Positions 54,595 through 64,000 are shown, numbered from the stretch's first letter. The stretch: 64,000 bases of DNA from Alphaproteobacteria bacterium (GCA_017535105.1 JAFXUI010000002.1:45270-109269), one strand, 5' to 3'. Numbers and translations are program-made. Notes: generated by a model from the sequence alone, not told the origin.

Positions 54595-55328
54595 TTTTTC
54601 TTGGCTTTCAATTTCGCGTATTCGGCGCGAATAATTTTATCCAGATTCGTTTGGCGAATCTTTTTAGAAAATCTGATACAGTTTATAAATTCTGTTTCCA
54701 GTGGACCCCAGCCAGCATATTCCCAATCAATTAAACCAACAACACGCATTTTACGTGGGTCAATAATTACATTGTTGCAAATGTCGTGATGATTCCAACC
54801 GTCACCATCTTGGGTTTTCAGGTCATTCATACCACGTGGACGCGCGTTATGCATTTTATAGATAAACGTGGCAATCTGTTTTCCCCATTGATTTTCATAC
54901 TTACGAATTGTGCGCAGTGAAAACGTATTCATATTTTTTCCCGATATAAAGTTATAACGGTAAAAAGTATAATCGCCCGCAGTTATAATATCGATGTTTG
55001 GAATCTTGAACGGCACAATGGGTGCAAAAGTGTCGGTCATGCGCTTTTCACGCATAATTTTTTCAATCTGATTTTGTTCGTCCGAAAAGAATTTGCGAAT
55101 CTTGAAAACGTATTTGTGGTCAACGATAAAGCCGATATTCCAACCGCCCTTTATCATTTTTACGTGACGGAATTGCAGGCGTGGGCAAGCATCACGCAGT
55201 GCGCGATATTTTTTTGCCCAATCGTAAAATTTTTCACGGCGAACACGTTCGCGCGTGGTGCGATTTGGAATAAAATTACATAAAAAATCACAAAATCTGA
55301 AAAAAGTTTGCCACATAATGTCGTCCAA
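54591..55328 (-). CDS. small protein-kinase-like (APH/Kdo-kinase-type) phosphotransferase, 245 aa
   Basis: HHDICNNVIID catalytic-loop-like and GLIDWEYAGWG DxD-like segment typical of the APH/choline-kinase/KdkA fold. Confidence 0.5.
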   Translation of the reverse strand: MDDIMWQTFFRFCDFLCNFIPNRTTRERVRREKFYDWAKKYRALRDACPRLQFRHVKMIKGGWNIGFIVDHKYVFKIRKFFSDEQNQIEKIMREKRMTDTFAPIVPFKIPNIDIITAGDYTFYRYNFISGKNMNTFSLRTIRKYENQWGKQIATFIYKMHNARPRGMNDLKTQDGDGWNHHDICNNVIIDPRKMRVVGLIDWEYAGWGPLETEFINCIRFSKKIRQTNLDKIIRAEYAKLKAKKN

Positions 55329-55377
55329 ATTTTCTTGATATTATGATATTGAAAAAAACGAAAAAAACAAGTACTTT

Positions 55378-57591
55378 ATGGGTATGTTCAAAAGTGGTGA
55401 TATTGTAAAAGTACTTATTCCAAATGTCGTGAACACTGGATACGACTATCGATTGAACGCGCCCGCGGAACTTGGGACGTTTGTTGAATGTCGTGTTATG
55501 AATCGCGCATATGTTGGTGTTGTGTATGGTGTGGGCGATTCTGGATTGCCAGAAGACAAAATCAAAAGCGTTGTGCGAGTATTGGATTCGGGTTTATCAA
55601 TCAGCGATTTACAGTGGATAAAACGTATGTCCGATTGGACATTGATGACACCAGGTGCGGTGTTAAAACTGATATTGAATATTCCAGATGCTTTTTCGCC
55701 ACCGCGTATGGAACAACTGTATTCTTTCAATTTTGATACAAACGCAAAAATGACCGCCTCGCGTCAGTCAGTTATGGACGCTTTTTCATCAAATGATAAC
55801 GAGGCAATGTCAGTAAATGATATTGTGAATATTGCGCATGTATCAAATGCAGTTGTGCGCACAATGATAAAAAATGAAACTCTTGTGCCGGCTGATTCGC
55901 GTGCGATTGAAAACGAAAATCGTTTCATATATGAATATCGCGATATGGGAAATGTCGTGCTGAACGATGAACAAAGTGTCGCGGCGGGCGAGATTGGTAC
56001 GGCAATTTCGAACGGTGGATTTTCGGTGTTTTTGTTGGACGGAATTACCGGTTCGGGCAAGACACAAGTATATTTTGATTCTGCGTTGCGTGCATATAAT
56101 GCGGGAAAGTCGGTGTTGCTGATGATGCCGGAAATTGCATTGACCGCGCAATTTATGTCGCGGTTTGAATCGCGTTTTGGTGCGCCCCCCGTTGTGTGGC
56201 ACAGCAATTTAACCGCGGCACGTCGACGTGATATTTGGCGTGGTGTGTTGCGTGGCGAAATTCGTGTTGTTGTTGGAACGCGTAGTGCGCTGTTTTTGCC
56301 ATGGCAAGATTTGGGTTTAATCGTTGTTGATGAAGAACACGATACATCATACAAACAGGAAGATATGGGAAATTACCACGCGCGTGATATGGCGATTTTG
56401 CGCGCGTCAATTGCCGGTTTCCCAGTTGTGTTGGCCAGTGCGACCCCGTCCGCGGAAACATTGGAAAATGTTGCAAATGGAAAATATCGTGGGTTAAAAC
56501 TTTCTTCGCGTTTTGGTGGTGCGACTTTACCGAAAATTGAAACAATAGATTTGCGTGAAAATCGTCCAGAGTCATACAGCAAGCAAGCGGACGATGAAGC
56601 GGTGGACGTTATGGGCGCACTGTCGGCGCCGATGTGTGACGCAATCCGTGAAACATTGAATAATCATCAACAGGTTATGCTGTTTATAAATCGGCGTGGT
56701 TTTGCACCGATTGTACAATGTAAAAAATGTGGGTGGACGGCCACTTGCGATGAGTGCAGTGTTGGTATGACGTATCACAAACGAATTGGAAAATTGCTCT
56801 GTCACATGTGCGGACGTACCGAACCGATGCCCGATAAATGTCCAAATTGTGGTGGCGATGTTTCAACACGTGGTGTTGGTATTGAAAAGATTCAGGAAGA
56901 AATCTCGGCGCGTTTTCCAGGGGCGCGAACCGCGTTGGTGTCCAGTGATACAATCGCATCACGTCAAAGTTTGGAACGCATTGTTTCGCGTATGGAATCG
57001 GGCGAAATTGATATTGTGATTGGGACACAGATTCTGGCCAAGGGGCATCATTTTCCAAATTTAACTTTAGTTGGTGTGGTGGATGCTGATATGGGTTTGT
57101 TTGGTACGGACTTTCGCGCCGCAGAACACACGTTTCAGCAATTGTTCCAGGTTGCCGGTCGTGCCGGTCGTGGCGCATTTCCGGGACGTGTTTTATTACA
57201 AACGTACCAGCCCGAACATCCAGTATTAAACGCAATATGTGCCGGCAATCGTGATGAATTTATGAAAACCGATATGGAAAATAGGCGCGCCGCAAAAATG
57301 CCACCATATGGACAACTGATTGCGGTGGTGGTCGAAGGTGAACGCGAAAACGTTTTACAGAAATATTGCGCAGACTTGGCGGCGGTGGCACCAAATATAG
57401 CGGGTGGTCGTATAATGGGACCAGTGCCAGCGCAAATATATCAGGTGCGTAATTGGTATCGTATGCGGTTTTTAATTTCGGGTGATGTACGTGCGAAATT
57501 ACAGCCGATTGTAGCAACGTGGATATCACGTGTGAAACAGCCCGCAAATATTCGCGTTAAAATCGATGTGAACCCTGTGAACTTTATGTAA
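55378..57591 (+). CDS. priA: primosomal protein N' (replication restart helicase PriA)
   Basis: Walker A GITGSGKTQVY, DEEH box, two Cys4 zinc-binding CxxC pairs (CKKCGW...CDEC, CHMCG...CPNCG); 737 aa. Confidence 0.85.
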   Translation: MGMFKSGDIVKVLIPNVVNTGYDYRLNAPAELGTFVECRVMNRAYVGVVYGVGDSGLPEDKIKSVVRVLDSGLSISDLQWIKRMSDWTLMTPGAVLKLILNIPDAFSPPRMEQLYSFNFDTNAKMTASRQSVMDAFSSNDNEAMSVNDIVNIAHVSNAVVRTMIKNETLVPADSRAIENENRFIYEYRDMGNVVLNDEQSVAAGEIGTAISNGGFSVFLLDGITGSGKTQVYFDSALRAYNAGKSVLLMMPEIALTAQFMSRFESRFGAPPVVWHSNLTAARRRDIWRGVLRGEIRVVVGTRSALFLPWQDLGLIVVDEEHDTSYKQEDMGNYHARDMAILRASIAGFPVVLASATPSAETLENVANGKYRGLKLSSRFGGATLPKIETIDLRENRPESYSKQADDEAVDVMGALSAPMCDAIRETLNNHQQVMLFINRRGFAPIVQCKKCGWTATCDECSVGMTYHKRIGKLLCHMCGRTEPMPDKCPNCGGDVSTRGVGIEKIQEEISARFPGARTALVSSDTIASRQSLERIVSRMESGEIDIVIGTQILAKGHHFPNLTLVGVVDADMGLFGTDFRAAEHTFQQLFQVAGRAGRGAFPGRVLLQTYQPEHPVLNAICAGNRDEFMKTDMENRRAAKMPPYGQLIAVVVEGERENVLQKYCADLAAVAPNIAGGRIMGPVPAQIYQVRNWYRMRFLISGDVRAKLQPIVATWISRVKQPANIRVKIDVNPVNFM

Positions 57592-57594
57592 TTT

Positions 57595-57876
57595 CTATCT
57601 GGAACGTCCAAACAGTTTTGTAATAAAAGCGCGACAGCGTGCAACGCGTGCCTTGCGTTGATATTCGCGTTCGCGGAAATATTCTTCCAATTTCTCGCGA
57701 TCGGGTGCGGGCGCGGGGGCAACCATTTTCTTTTGTTGTACCATCTGCATATATTCTTTGTATTCATTACGGCGTTCAACAATCAACGAACCCGATTCGT
57801 CAATAAGACCCAATCTTATCATTTCAGATTCAGAACCATCGTATTTGATTTCTTGGTCGGTCATGTGCGCCCCCAT
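57595..57876 (-). CDS. hypothetical small protein (about 90 aa) with basic amphipathic C-terminus, co-transcribed downstream of the VirB11-like ATPase
   Basis: ORF begins 6 nt after the VirB11-like stop on the same strand. Confidence 0.4.
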   Translation of the reverse strand: MGAHMTDQEIKYDGSESEMIRLGLIDESGSLIVERRNEYKEYMQMVQQKKMVAPAPAPDREKLEEYFREREYQRKARVARCRAFITKLFGRSR

Positions 57877-57882
57877 TGTTTA

Positions 57883-58878
57883 TTACACAACTTCGGTAAC
57901 CGCGCGCAGTGCGCCATCGCGCGACAATTGTACAACACGAATTTTCTTTTTCATTTCGGCAATCAATTCACCACGGTCATATGCCGGTTGAGTATGTAAA
58001 ATGCGGTCGGCAAATGCGGCATAGGCGGCTTCGGCACTTTCGGCATGAATTGTTGTATAAAAGTGTTCGTGGCCCGTTCCCAACATTTCCCACAACACCG
58101 ACGCATTGTCGGTTGATATTTCACCACCAATAATTACGTCTGGTGTCATACGCACGACCAAGTCCAAAAGTCGTGCATAGTTGAAATCGTTTGTTTGTTC
58201 GGTACGCGAAAGGACAAAGTGAACCCGATTTTCCTGGGGTACATGAATTTCACGTGCGTCTTCGACCGTAATAACACGACTGTTTTGGTCAATCAGTGTT
58301 AGCATGTGATTTAAAAAAGTCGTTTTACCAGTTGCGGTTGCACCACTTATCAAAATCGGGCTGCCATCATTTATGGCGGACATTAAACGGTCATATGGGT
58401 CATCGGGACGGACATTGTCGCGTGGTTTTACACGCAATAATTTTTTCCCGCGTTCCAAATGGTAATTCTCGAACGAAACATCGGTCGCACCACCGCCACG
58501 AATATTTAACGCAACACCACCCGTCACATCACTTTCGTCATATTGTACATTTGGACCGGCAATTGCAGAAAAACGATGATTGCCCGGTAATGTTGCATAG
58601 ACAACCGGCATACCATGAATCGGATCAAATGGGCGTTCGTATATGTTCGCAACCGTATGAATCAAATCAACCAAATATTGTTTGGAAAGTGTTGGCGCAT
58701 TGTACGCAACCCACGGAACGCGTGCGCCGTGCAGGCGCATCCAAACCTGGCCCGCGTGGTTTATCGCGATTTCTTCGACAAAAGACGGTGTGTAAAATTC
58801 CGCCAATGGTTTCAATAAAGATTCAAGAACGACATTTGACATTATCTTAATTTTATCATAAATCGACCCTTGAATCAA
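57883..58878 (-). CDS. virB11: VirB11/TrbB-family type IV secretion ATPase (331 aa), not clustered with other T4SS genes here
   Basis: EEIAINHAG N-terminal motif, Walker A GATATGKTTFLN, ITVEDAREI Asp box, IGGE Walker B, TTIHAESA His box. Confidence 0.7.
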   Translation of the reverse strand: MIQGSIYDKIKIMSNVVLESLLKPLAEFYTPSFVEEIAINHAGQVWMRLHGARVPWVAYNAPTLSKQYLVDLIHTVANIYERPFDPIHGMPVVYATLPGNHRFSAIAGPNVQYDESDVTGGVALNIRGGGATDVSFENYHLERGKKLLRVKPRDNVRPDDPYDRLMSAINDGSPILISGATATGKTTFLNHMLTLIDQNSRVITVEDAREIHVPQENRVHFVLSRTEQTNDFNYARLLDLVVRMTPDVIIGGEISTDNASVLWEMLGTGHEHFYTTIHAESAEAAYAAFADRILHTQPAYDRGELIAEMKKKIRVVQLSRDGALRAVTEVV

Positions 58879-58920
58879 AATGCTTTATTTGGTAAAATAG
58901 AAAAAAAGAGAGAAGACAAA

Positions 58921-59484
58921 ATGAAAAAATCTTTGTTTGCTTTAATTTGTTCTGTACTGGTTTTGGGTGCCTGTACTGGCGGCGGTGATACACCGTACAA
59001 TACCACAGATTTCGAAAACGGTGGTGCGGACGCGCCATTGTACAACGAACGGTCAAGCCAGTTTATGCAGGCGGATAACCAATATTCCAACATTGATTCT
59101 TATAAGCCAAAAACCGCCGCTGAAAAAGAACAGAGTGACGGTAAATGGAAAACCGCGCACATGGAAACACGCTGGCAAGAATACAAGGGAACAATGGTTC
59201 GTGTACAAATCTTGTTGGGAAATACCGATTTGCGCGAAATGCGTTTGCGTTTGATGCAAAATGCCGACGGTATGGATGTTGACGGTGATGCACGTACCAT
59301 ATTGTCCAAGGTTGCGGACTATGAAATGAAACGTGTTTGCGGACGTAACGCGGACAGCATTGTTATGGTATATGACAAACCATCGTTTGATGTTATGCGT
59401 CCAACACCATATTTCGATTACAGGATTGAGGCCGAAGGTGCCACCATGCGTGAATATGGTTTCCGTTGCGTGTATAACAACTAA
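58921..59484 (+). CDS. lipoprotein of unknown function (187 aa)
   Basis: AGAGAGAAG RBS; lipobox VLGAC; ends before a terminator at 59504-59529. Confidence 0.5.
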   Translation: MKKSLFALICSVLVLGACTGGGDTPYNTTDFENGGADAPLYNERSSQFMQADNQYSNIDSYKPKTAAEKEQSDGKWKTAHMETRWQEYKGTMVRVQILLGNTDLREMRLRLMQNADGMDVDGDARTILSKVADYEMKRVCGRNADSIVMVYDKPSFDVMRPTPYFDYRIEAEGATMREYGFRCVYNN

Positions 59485-59603
59485 AATAAATTTTGTGAAT
59501 TTGGTGCCGGGCAACCGGCACTTTTTTTTGTTAAAATTCCGCTTGCAAAAACGGGGGTTCATTTAATATATTTATCTGGAACAAGAAACCAAAGGGGAAA
59601 AAT

Positions 59604-59930
59604 ATGAAAAAGTTTATGTCTGTATTGGGTTTGTGCGGCGCGGCATTGTTGGCGGCATGCGACAGTAATGCAACTGCAAAAATCGGTGACACAGTAATTA
59701 TCGATTTCGCGGGTTATTTGGACGGGGTTCAATTCGAAGGGGGTACCGCAAATGGTTTCCCATTGAAATTGGGCAGTGGCCAATTCGTACCTGGATTCGA
59801 AGATCAAGTTGTTGGTATGAAGGTTGGCGAAACACGTGATATCAACATCACATTCCCAGAACAATATGTTGAAGGTTTGGCGGGCAAGGCCGTTGTGTTC
59901 AAAGTCACCGTCCAAGAAATTCAGAAATAA
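59604..59930 (+). CDS. FKBP-type peptidyl-prolyl cis-trans isomerase, lipoprotein (108 aa)
   Basis: Lipobox LLAAC; FKBP core GDTVIIDFAGYLDGVQFEGG...GFEDQVVGMKVGE. Confidence 0.7.
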   Translation: MKKFMSVLGLCGAALLAACDSNATAKIGDTVIIDFAGYLDGVQFEGGTANGFPLKLGSGQFVPGFEDQVVGMKVGETRDINITFPEQYVEGLAGKAVVFKVTVQEIQK

Positions 59931-59948
59931 TCGTTTGTTCAATATAAA

Positions 59949-59974
59949 AACCGCACCGTTTGGTGCGGTTTTTT
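59949..59974. terminator. bidirectional terminator (accgcaccgtttggtgcggt plus T6)
   Basis: Strong hairpin flanked by A5 and T6. Confidence 0.65.
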
Positions 59975-60806
59975 ATTCGTCCATTGCGATAATAAATATT
60001 TTTGCTTTGTTCGCTTCGCGTATTACATTTTCGCGGTCAACAATGAAACACGTTTTTGTGTTCACAACAATTCCGCGCAGGTGTGCGTTTGCGACCGCAC
60101 GTACCGTATCAACACCGATTGCTGGAATATCAATGCGTAAATCTTGGCCTGGCTTGGTCATTTTGGCGAATACACCAGATGCGCGTGTTTTCTTTGCGCG
60201 CATTTTTACAACGCGTTCCAACATTTTCGCGGTGCCTTCGGCAGCCTCAACCGCGATAACTTGTTTATCGACGACCGTTGACGCACCAATGTCCATTTTG
60301 CCGATTGTATGCGAAACCTCAACCGCGCGTTCAATGTCCGCCATATCCGACTTGGTCGGCTTTGTCTTTGTCTGGACACCGGCCGTTTGAAATGCCAATT
60401 CGGGTGCCAAATCTTGTGCCGCCAAAACGTGAAATCCGCGTTTTTCAAGAACAGTATTTAATGCAGTTGCCATTGAATCATACCCCCGTTGATGTTTCAT
60501 TATGCTGATAAGTGCGCCCAGCGACCACAGGTCCGGTCGAATATCGCTTAAATTTGGATGACCAATTGCGCCAACGAATACCAAGTTGTGTATTCCGCGA
60601 CGGCGAAATTCGCGCACTGCGCGACCCGCACCGCCAAGGCGGACAACCATATCTGGCCGTAATTTCGGGTCGACAAAGTTTTTAAGTCCAACAACAAAAA
60701 CGTCCCAGCCCGCGCGGCGCAACGCGTCACGCGTAAAAAACGGCAGTTGTAATGCCCCCGCGACCAAGGCAACTTTTTTATCGTTGTTGTTTATGTCTTT
60801 TTTCAT
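59973..60806 (-). CDS. lpxI: UDP-2,3-diacylglucosamine hydrolase LpxI (DUF1009 family)
   Basis: 277 aa, LpxI-like two-domain pattern; lipid A pathway gene found in alphaproteobacteria in place of lpxH. Confidence 0.65.
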   Translation of the reverse strand: MKKDINNNDKKVALVAGALQLPFFTRDALRRAGWDVFVVGLKNFVDPKLRPDMVVRLGGAGRAVREFRRRGIHNLVFVGAIGHPNLSDIRPDLWSLGALISIMKHQRGYDSMATALNTVLEKRGFHVLAAQDLAPELAFQTAGVQTKTKPTKSDMADIERAVEVSHTIGKMDIGASTVVDKQVIAVEAAEGTAKMLERVVKMRAKKTRASGVFAKMTKPGQDLRIDIPAIGVDTVRAVANAHLRGIVVNTKTCFIVDRENVIREANKAKIFIIAMDE

Positions 60807-60878
60807 AATGTTAAATGGTACGAATAAAAGTGGCTGGAATCAAGTTGCAATTTATGATAAAATTTATGTAATGATTTA

Positions 60879-61661
60879 ATGGGTGCAACGCATATGAAAA
60901 AAATATCGTACTTTGTTTTGTTGGCTTTTGTCGCGGCAATGCCCGCCAATGCTAATTACAGCGACCGTCGGTTTGTCGCCGAAGTGTCGCGCGGTCTGGA
61001 TATCGTGGGGGCGGAATCAAACGCACATGTCGTGCCAGATGCCGCGCCGGGTGAATTGGGTTACGATGTGTATCAATCGGTGGACGTGGTCGATTCGTCT
61101 GATGTGCGTATGTTTATCCCAACCGACATGTATGTTCGTGCGGGCGCGGGATTGAATTTGGGATTCGCAACCGACAAAGCAAAAATGGCGGGTAAAAAAT
61201 ACGAATCCGCGGGCAGTTATACAACCCAGATTGGTTTGGGGTGGAATTTGTCTTCGTATGTGCGTGGCGAAATTGACGCACAAATGTCAACGTTCACTTT
61301 TTCTGACTTACATGATTTCCAGGCGAATTATCAAACGTTGGGTGCGATGCTGTATTTCGATTTTGCGCGTCGCTATGTCCAAACGGGTGATGTTACACGT
61401 ATGCGCCATTTCGTGCCGTTTATGGGACTGGGCGCGGGCGCTGGCTATTATGAATTTGAGGGTGCGTCCGGTTCCGATGGTTTTGTTATTGCGGCACCAC
61501 GTGCGGCACTTGGGTTTAACATAATGTTTACTGATTTAATCGGTGTTGATATTGCGTATCAGTACCAGATGATGATTGGTAACGGTTTTGGTTGGGGTGT
61601 ACGTCATGGTGGCGTTGATAATATCAGCAATGTTATCGCGTCATTTCGTGTGAACTTCTGA
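60879..61661 (+). CDS. outer-membrane beta-barrel protein (OmpA-like/porin-family, ends ...FRVNF)
   Basis: Signal peptide; alternating hydrophobic strands; C-terminal Phe. Confidence 0.6.
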   Translation: MGATHMKKISYFVLLAFVAAMPANANYSDRRFVAEVSRGLDIVGAESNAHVVPDAAPGELGYDVYQSVDVVDSSDVRMFIPTDMYVRAGAGLNLGFATDKAKMAGKKYESAGSYTTQIGLGWNLSSYVRGEIDAQMSTFTFSDLHDFQANYQTLGAMLYFDFARRYVQTGDVTRMRHFVPFMGLGAGAGYYEFEGASGSDGFVIAAPRAALGFNIMFTDLIGVDIAYQYQMMIGNGFGWGVRHGGVDNISNVIASFRVNF

Positions 61662-61674
61662 TGGGGCAAATACA

Positions 61675-62325
61675 ATGAAAGCAAAAATAATTATTGGTAT
61701 GTTGTGTTTAATAACAACGGCGGCAAATGCGTCTATTCCATATCGCGTGGAACAGGTTGTTATGCCCGCACCGGAAATTCCAGACGGTAATGATGATGAG
61801 GCATTTTCCCGTGAACATCGTTTCTATGTTGGTGCGATGTATAACTATTCCGCGTGGCAATCATACACCGATGATGCGAACGTTTATTTCGAAGGTAAAG
61901 ATTCTTCGTCTTTTGATATTGTTGCCGGTATGCGAATTTATGATACTTTCCGTATCGAAGCGGACTTTACCCGCACAATCGCAAATGTTGGCGATATTGA
62001 ATTGACGGGCAACACACTGTTTATCAACGGCATATTTGACGCGCGTATCGATAGTTTATATCGCTTGTTCCGCAAACAATACCTGGTGCCGTATGTTGGC
62101 GCGGGTGTCGGTTTAAGTGGTAATGAAGTCAGTGGTGCCGAAATAGAAGATAAATTAAGTCCGGCCGTTGCGGTTATGGCGGGTCTGGGGATTGAATTTG
62201 GTGAATATTTCGCGATTGATGCGGGATATCGTTATATGTATATGTTTTCGCCAAAGTTCGACATTGTTGACGGTTTGAATCCAGCTGCGCACCAGTTCCG
62301 TATTGGCGCACGTGTGAACTTTTAA
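61675..62325 (+). CDS. outer-membrane beta-barrel protein, paralog-like neighbour (ends ...GARVNF)
   Basis: Signal peptide MKAKIIIGMLCLITTAANA; same strand architecture and C-terminus as the preceding gene. Confidence 0.6.
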   Translation: MKAKIIIGMLCLITTAANASIPYRVEQVVMPAPEIPDGNDDEAFSREHRFYVGAMYNYSAWQSYTDDANVYFEGKDSSSFDIVAGMRIYDTFRIEADFTRTIANVGDIELTGNTLFINGIFDARIDSLYRLFRKQYLVPYVGAGVGLSGNEVSGAEIEDKLSPAVAVMAGLGIEFGEYFAIDAGYRYMYMFSPKFDIVDGLNPAAHQFRIGARVNF

Positions 62326-62331
62326 CGCATT

Positions 62332-63255
62332 ATGAAAAAGTGTCCGTTCTTTGATTTGTGTGGTGGGTGTAAATATGATTTTACAGATGCCGCCTATCGC
62401 ACAAATAAATTGAGTGAGATTTCCGATTTTTTAATAACTGATTCTGCACGCTGGATTGATGCGGGAACACGTCGCCGTGGCGATTTTTGCTTTGCTGGGG
62501 CGCAATTTGGTTTGTTTGAAAAGGGGACCAAGAATATTGTTCCGGTGCGTGCCTGTCCAAATATGGCGCGTGAAATAAATGATATTTTGCCACGTGTTGC
62601 AGATTTGCCGTGGGGTGGGGCGGGTTCATGTTTAATCACCGCATGTGAAAACGGAATTGATATTGTTATAAATGCCGATGTGCCATACTTTACACCCGAA
62701 TTTAAGCGCGCGGCAGAACGAGTTGGCGCAATTCGTGTTATTTGGAATGGTAAAGTTGTTGTACAAACTGCAAAGCCAATAATTAAGTTCGGTGATGTCG
62801 CAGTTGAATATCCACCAAATGCCTTTTTACAGCCCGGGAAAATGGGCGAAGAAATTTTGCGCGATATGGTTGTTGCGGCGGTGGATAAATCTAAACACGT
62901 GGCCGATTTATTCTGTGGGTTGGGCAATTTTACATTTGCAACGCATGCCGATGGTTTTGATATTGTTGGTGCGGGTGTAAAACGCGACTTGTTCAAAAAT
63001 CCGCTGACGGTTGGAATGTTAAACGGATATGACTGTGTCATAATGGATCCGCCACGCGCAGGCGCAATGGCACAATGTCGTAATTTGGTGAAAAGCAACG
63101 TTCCGCGTGTGATATATGTTTCGTGTAATCCAATGACTTTCCGTCGTGATATGGAAATATTGACGCGTGGCGGATATAAACTGATGAAATTAGTACCGGT
63201 GGACCAATTTGTGGGAAGCGCACACTGGGAATTATTTTCCGTATTTGATAAATAA
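62332..63255 (+). CDS. RumA/RlmD-like SAM-dependent 23S rRNA (uracil-C5) methyltransferase lacking a TRAM domain
   Basis: N-terminal Cys cluster CPFFDLCGGCKY; C-terminal methyltransferase motifs (DLFCGLGNF, MDPPRAG). Confidence 0.7.
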   Translation: MKKCPFFDLCGGCKYDFTDAAYRTNKLSEISDFLITDSARWIDAGTRRRGDFCFAGAQFGLFEKGTKNIVPVRACPNMAREINDILPRVADLPWGGAGSCLITACENGIDIVINADVPYFTPEFKRAAERVGAIRVIWNGKVVVQTAKPIIKFGDVAVEYPPNAFLQPGKMGEEILRDMVVAAVDKSKHVADLFCGLGNFTFATHADGFDIVGAGVKRDLFKNPLTVGMLNGYDCVIMDPPRAGAMAQCRNLVKSNVPRVIYVSCNPMTFRRDMEILTRGGYKLMKLVPVDQFVGSAHWELFSVFDK

Positions 63256-63263
63256 AAAAAACA

Positions 63264-63285
63264 CCGCCGTTGCCGGCGGAGTTTT
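63264..63285 (+). terminator. rho-independent terminator (ccgccgttgccggcgg plus AGTTTT)
   Basis: GC hairpin 10 nt after the stop. Confidence 0.55.
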
Positions 63286-63642
63286 CCGAACACTCTTGAA
63301 AGGAAGGAAAGGAGAAAAAGAAATAGAGTGTTCTTAACTTGGTTGGGGCCCAGAGTCCAGAGGAGAGAGAATGTAGGAGGGAGTCTGAATCCCTGAACCC
63401 CTTGTGCCATCGGGTTTAACCCCTTTGACGAATCGTAATGTAATACAATAAATGTAATTTGTCAAGTATTTTTGTCAAAAAATTTTTTTAGTCCATAAAA
63501 TTATGGTGAAAAACCCAGGTTTTTATTCAGAAAATGCCGAAAAATCAAAAGGTTCCTAGGAAATGTCGCCTGTTGTAAAAAATTGTATGTGGAATAAAAT
63601 CTTTTCTGTATACGAACAAAAACAACGGGGGGAAAACGAATC

Positions 63643-63894
63643 ATGACACATGCAGAAGTATGGCGCGCAATCGAACGGTTTGCATCGGCGCATGGAATGT
63701 CTTGTTCGGGGCTTGCAAAACGCAGTGGGTTGGACCCGACAACATTTAATCGCAGCAAGCGGTGGTCACGTGAAGGCCAGCCACGGTGGCCGTCAACCAA
63801 CAGTATTGCCAAGATTTTGGCGTCAACTGGGTCTTGTATCCAAGATTTTACCAAATATATTGATGTGCCACCGCCAGATGATGAACGACAATAA
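63643..63894 (+). CDS. small HTH (XRE/CI-type) DNA-binding protein, paralog of 35398-35637
   Basis: MSCSGLAKRSGLDPTTFNRSKR...WPSTNSIAKIL aligns residue-for-residue with the 35398 gene product; GGGGGGAAAACGAATC RBS region. Confidence 0.5.
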   Translation: MTHAEVWRAIERFASAHGMSCSGLAKRSGLDPTTFNRSKRWSREGQPRWPSTNSIAKILASTGSCIQDFTKYIDVPPPDDERQ

Positions 63895-64000
63895 TGCGCC
63901 GAATTTGCCACCCAAAGCACACCGGGTGGCATTTTTTATGGACAATGTAAAATATATACTTTATTCTGATTGTTATGTTAAATGGTGTTCGCGTATATTC

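Noticed and set aside
62394-63410. 338-aa minus-strand ORF
   Set aside because: Antisense to the well-supported RumA/RlmD-like methyltransferase gene. Low-complexity R/S/P-rich translation with no motifs.
1-64000. CRISPR arrays, rRNA operons, IS elements/transposases, integrase genes
   Set aside because: I found no regularly spaced short direct repeats, no rRNA-like conserved stretches and no DDE-transposase or tyrosine-recombinase ORFs. Only att-like scars are present at the tRNA-Ser and tRNA-Glu loci.

Overview
The window reads as a 64 kb, moderately AT-rich (about 40-45% GC) chromosomal segment from a Gram-negative bacterium, probably alphaproteobacterial. The LPS/OM genes lptE and lpxI, the ornithine-lipid pair olsBA, and a DUF4164(ZauP)-zapA-parC arrangement support that. 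Several genes point to an anaerobic or facultative lifestyle: nrdDG, a 2[4Fe-4S] ferredoxin and an L-lactate dehydrogenase. Most of the window is housekeeping: proS (archaeal type), glyS (alpha2 type), map, holA, radC, parC, priA, miaA, gap, lgt, hemW, mraZ, an HU-family gene, rpmG, an M13 peptidase, a U32 peptidase, a PLD-family protein and an acyl-CoA ligase. There are seven tRNA genes (Arg-CCU, Thr-UGU, Ser-UGA, Leu-UAG, Glu-UUC, Asp-GUC, plus a truncated Ser copy) and many hairpin/T-tract terminators. I found no CRISPR array, rRNA or obvious transposase/integrase. The accessory content sits in small pockets, mostly next to tRNAs. (1) The nrdD gene has an in-frame TAA stop that splits the catalytic body from a stand-alone glycyl-radical domain. 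(2) A 51-nt direct repeat duplicates the promoter and 5' half of tRNA-Ser, beside a low-GC PNP/MTAN-family gene. (3) A lysis-cassette-like trio (single-TM protein, GH24 lysozyme, tiny Pro-rich lipoprotein) lies between tRNA-Leu and tRNA-Glu, and an 18-nt repeat of the tRNA-Glu 3' end flanks a 173-nt remnant. (4) An AT-rich pair of tandem paralogous small proteins follows tRNA-Thr. (5) A solitary VirB11-family ATPase is co-transcribed with a small basic protein. (6) A 10-A homopolymer could fuse a C-terminal membrane anchor onto a periplasmic thioredoxin-like protein. (7) Glycine-zipper-rich secreted proteins recur, one in an operon with an L,D-transpeptidase-domain protein. Tandem NrdR-type boxes sit upstream of nrdD, two OMP paralogs share a 21-nt promoter element, and two HTH genes are paralogous. 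Three genes below the 60-aa ORF-track cutoff (ferredoxin, rpmG, small lipoprotein) were called by hand.
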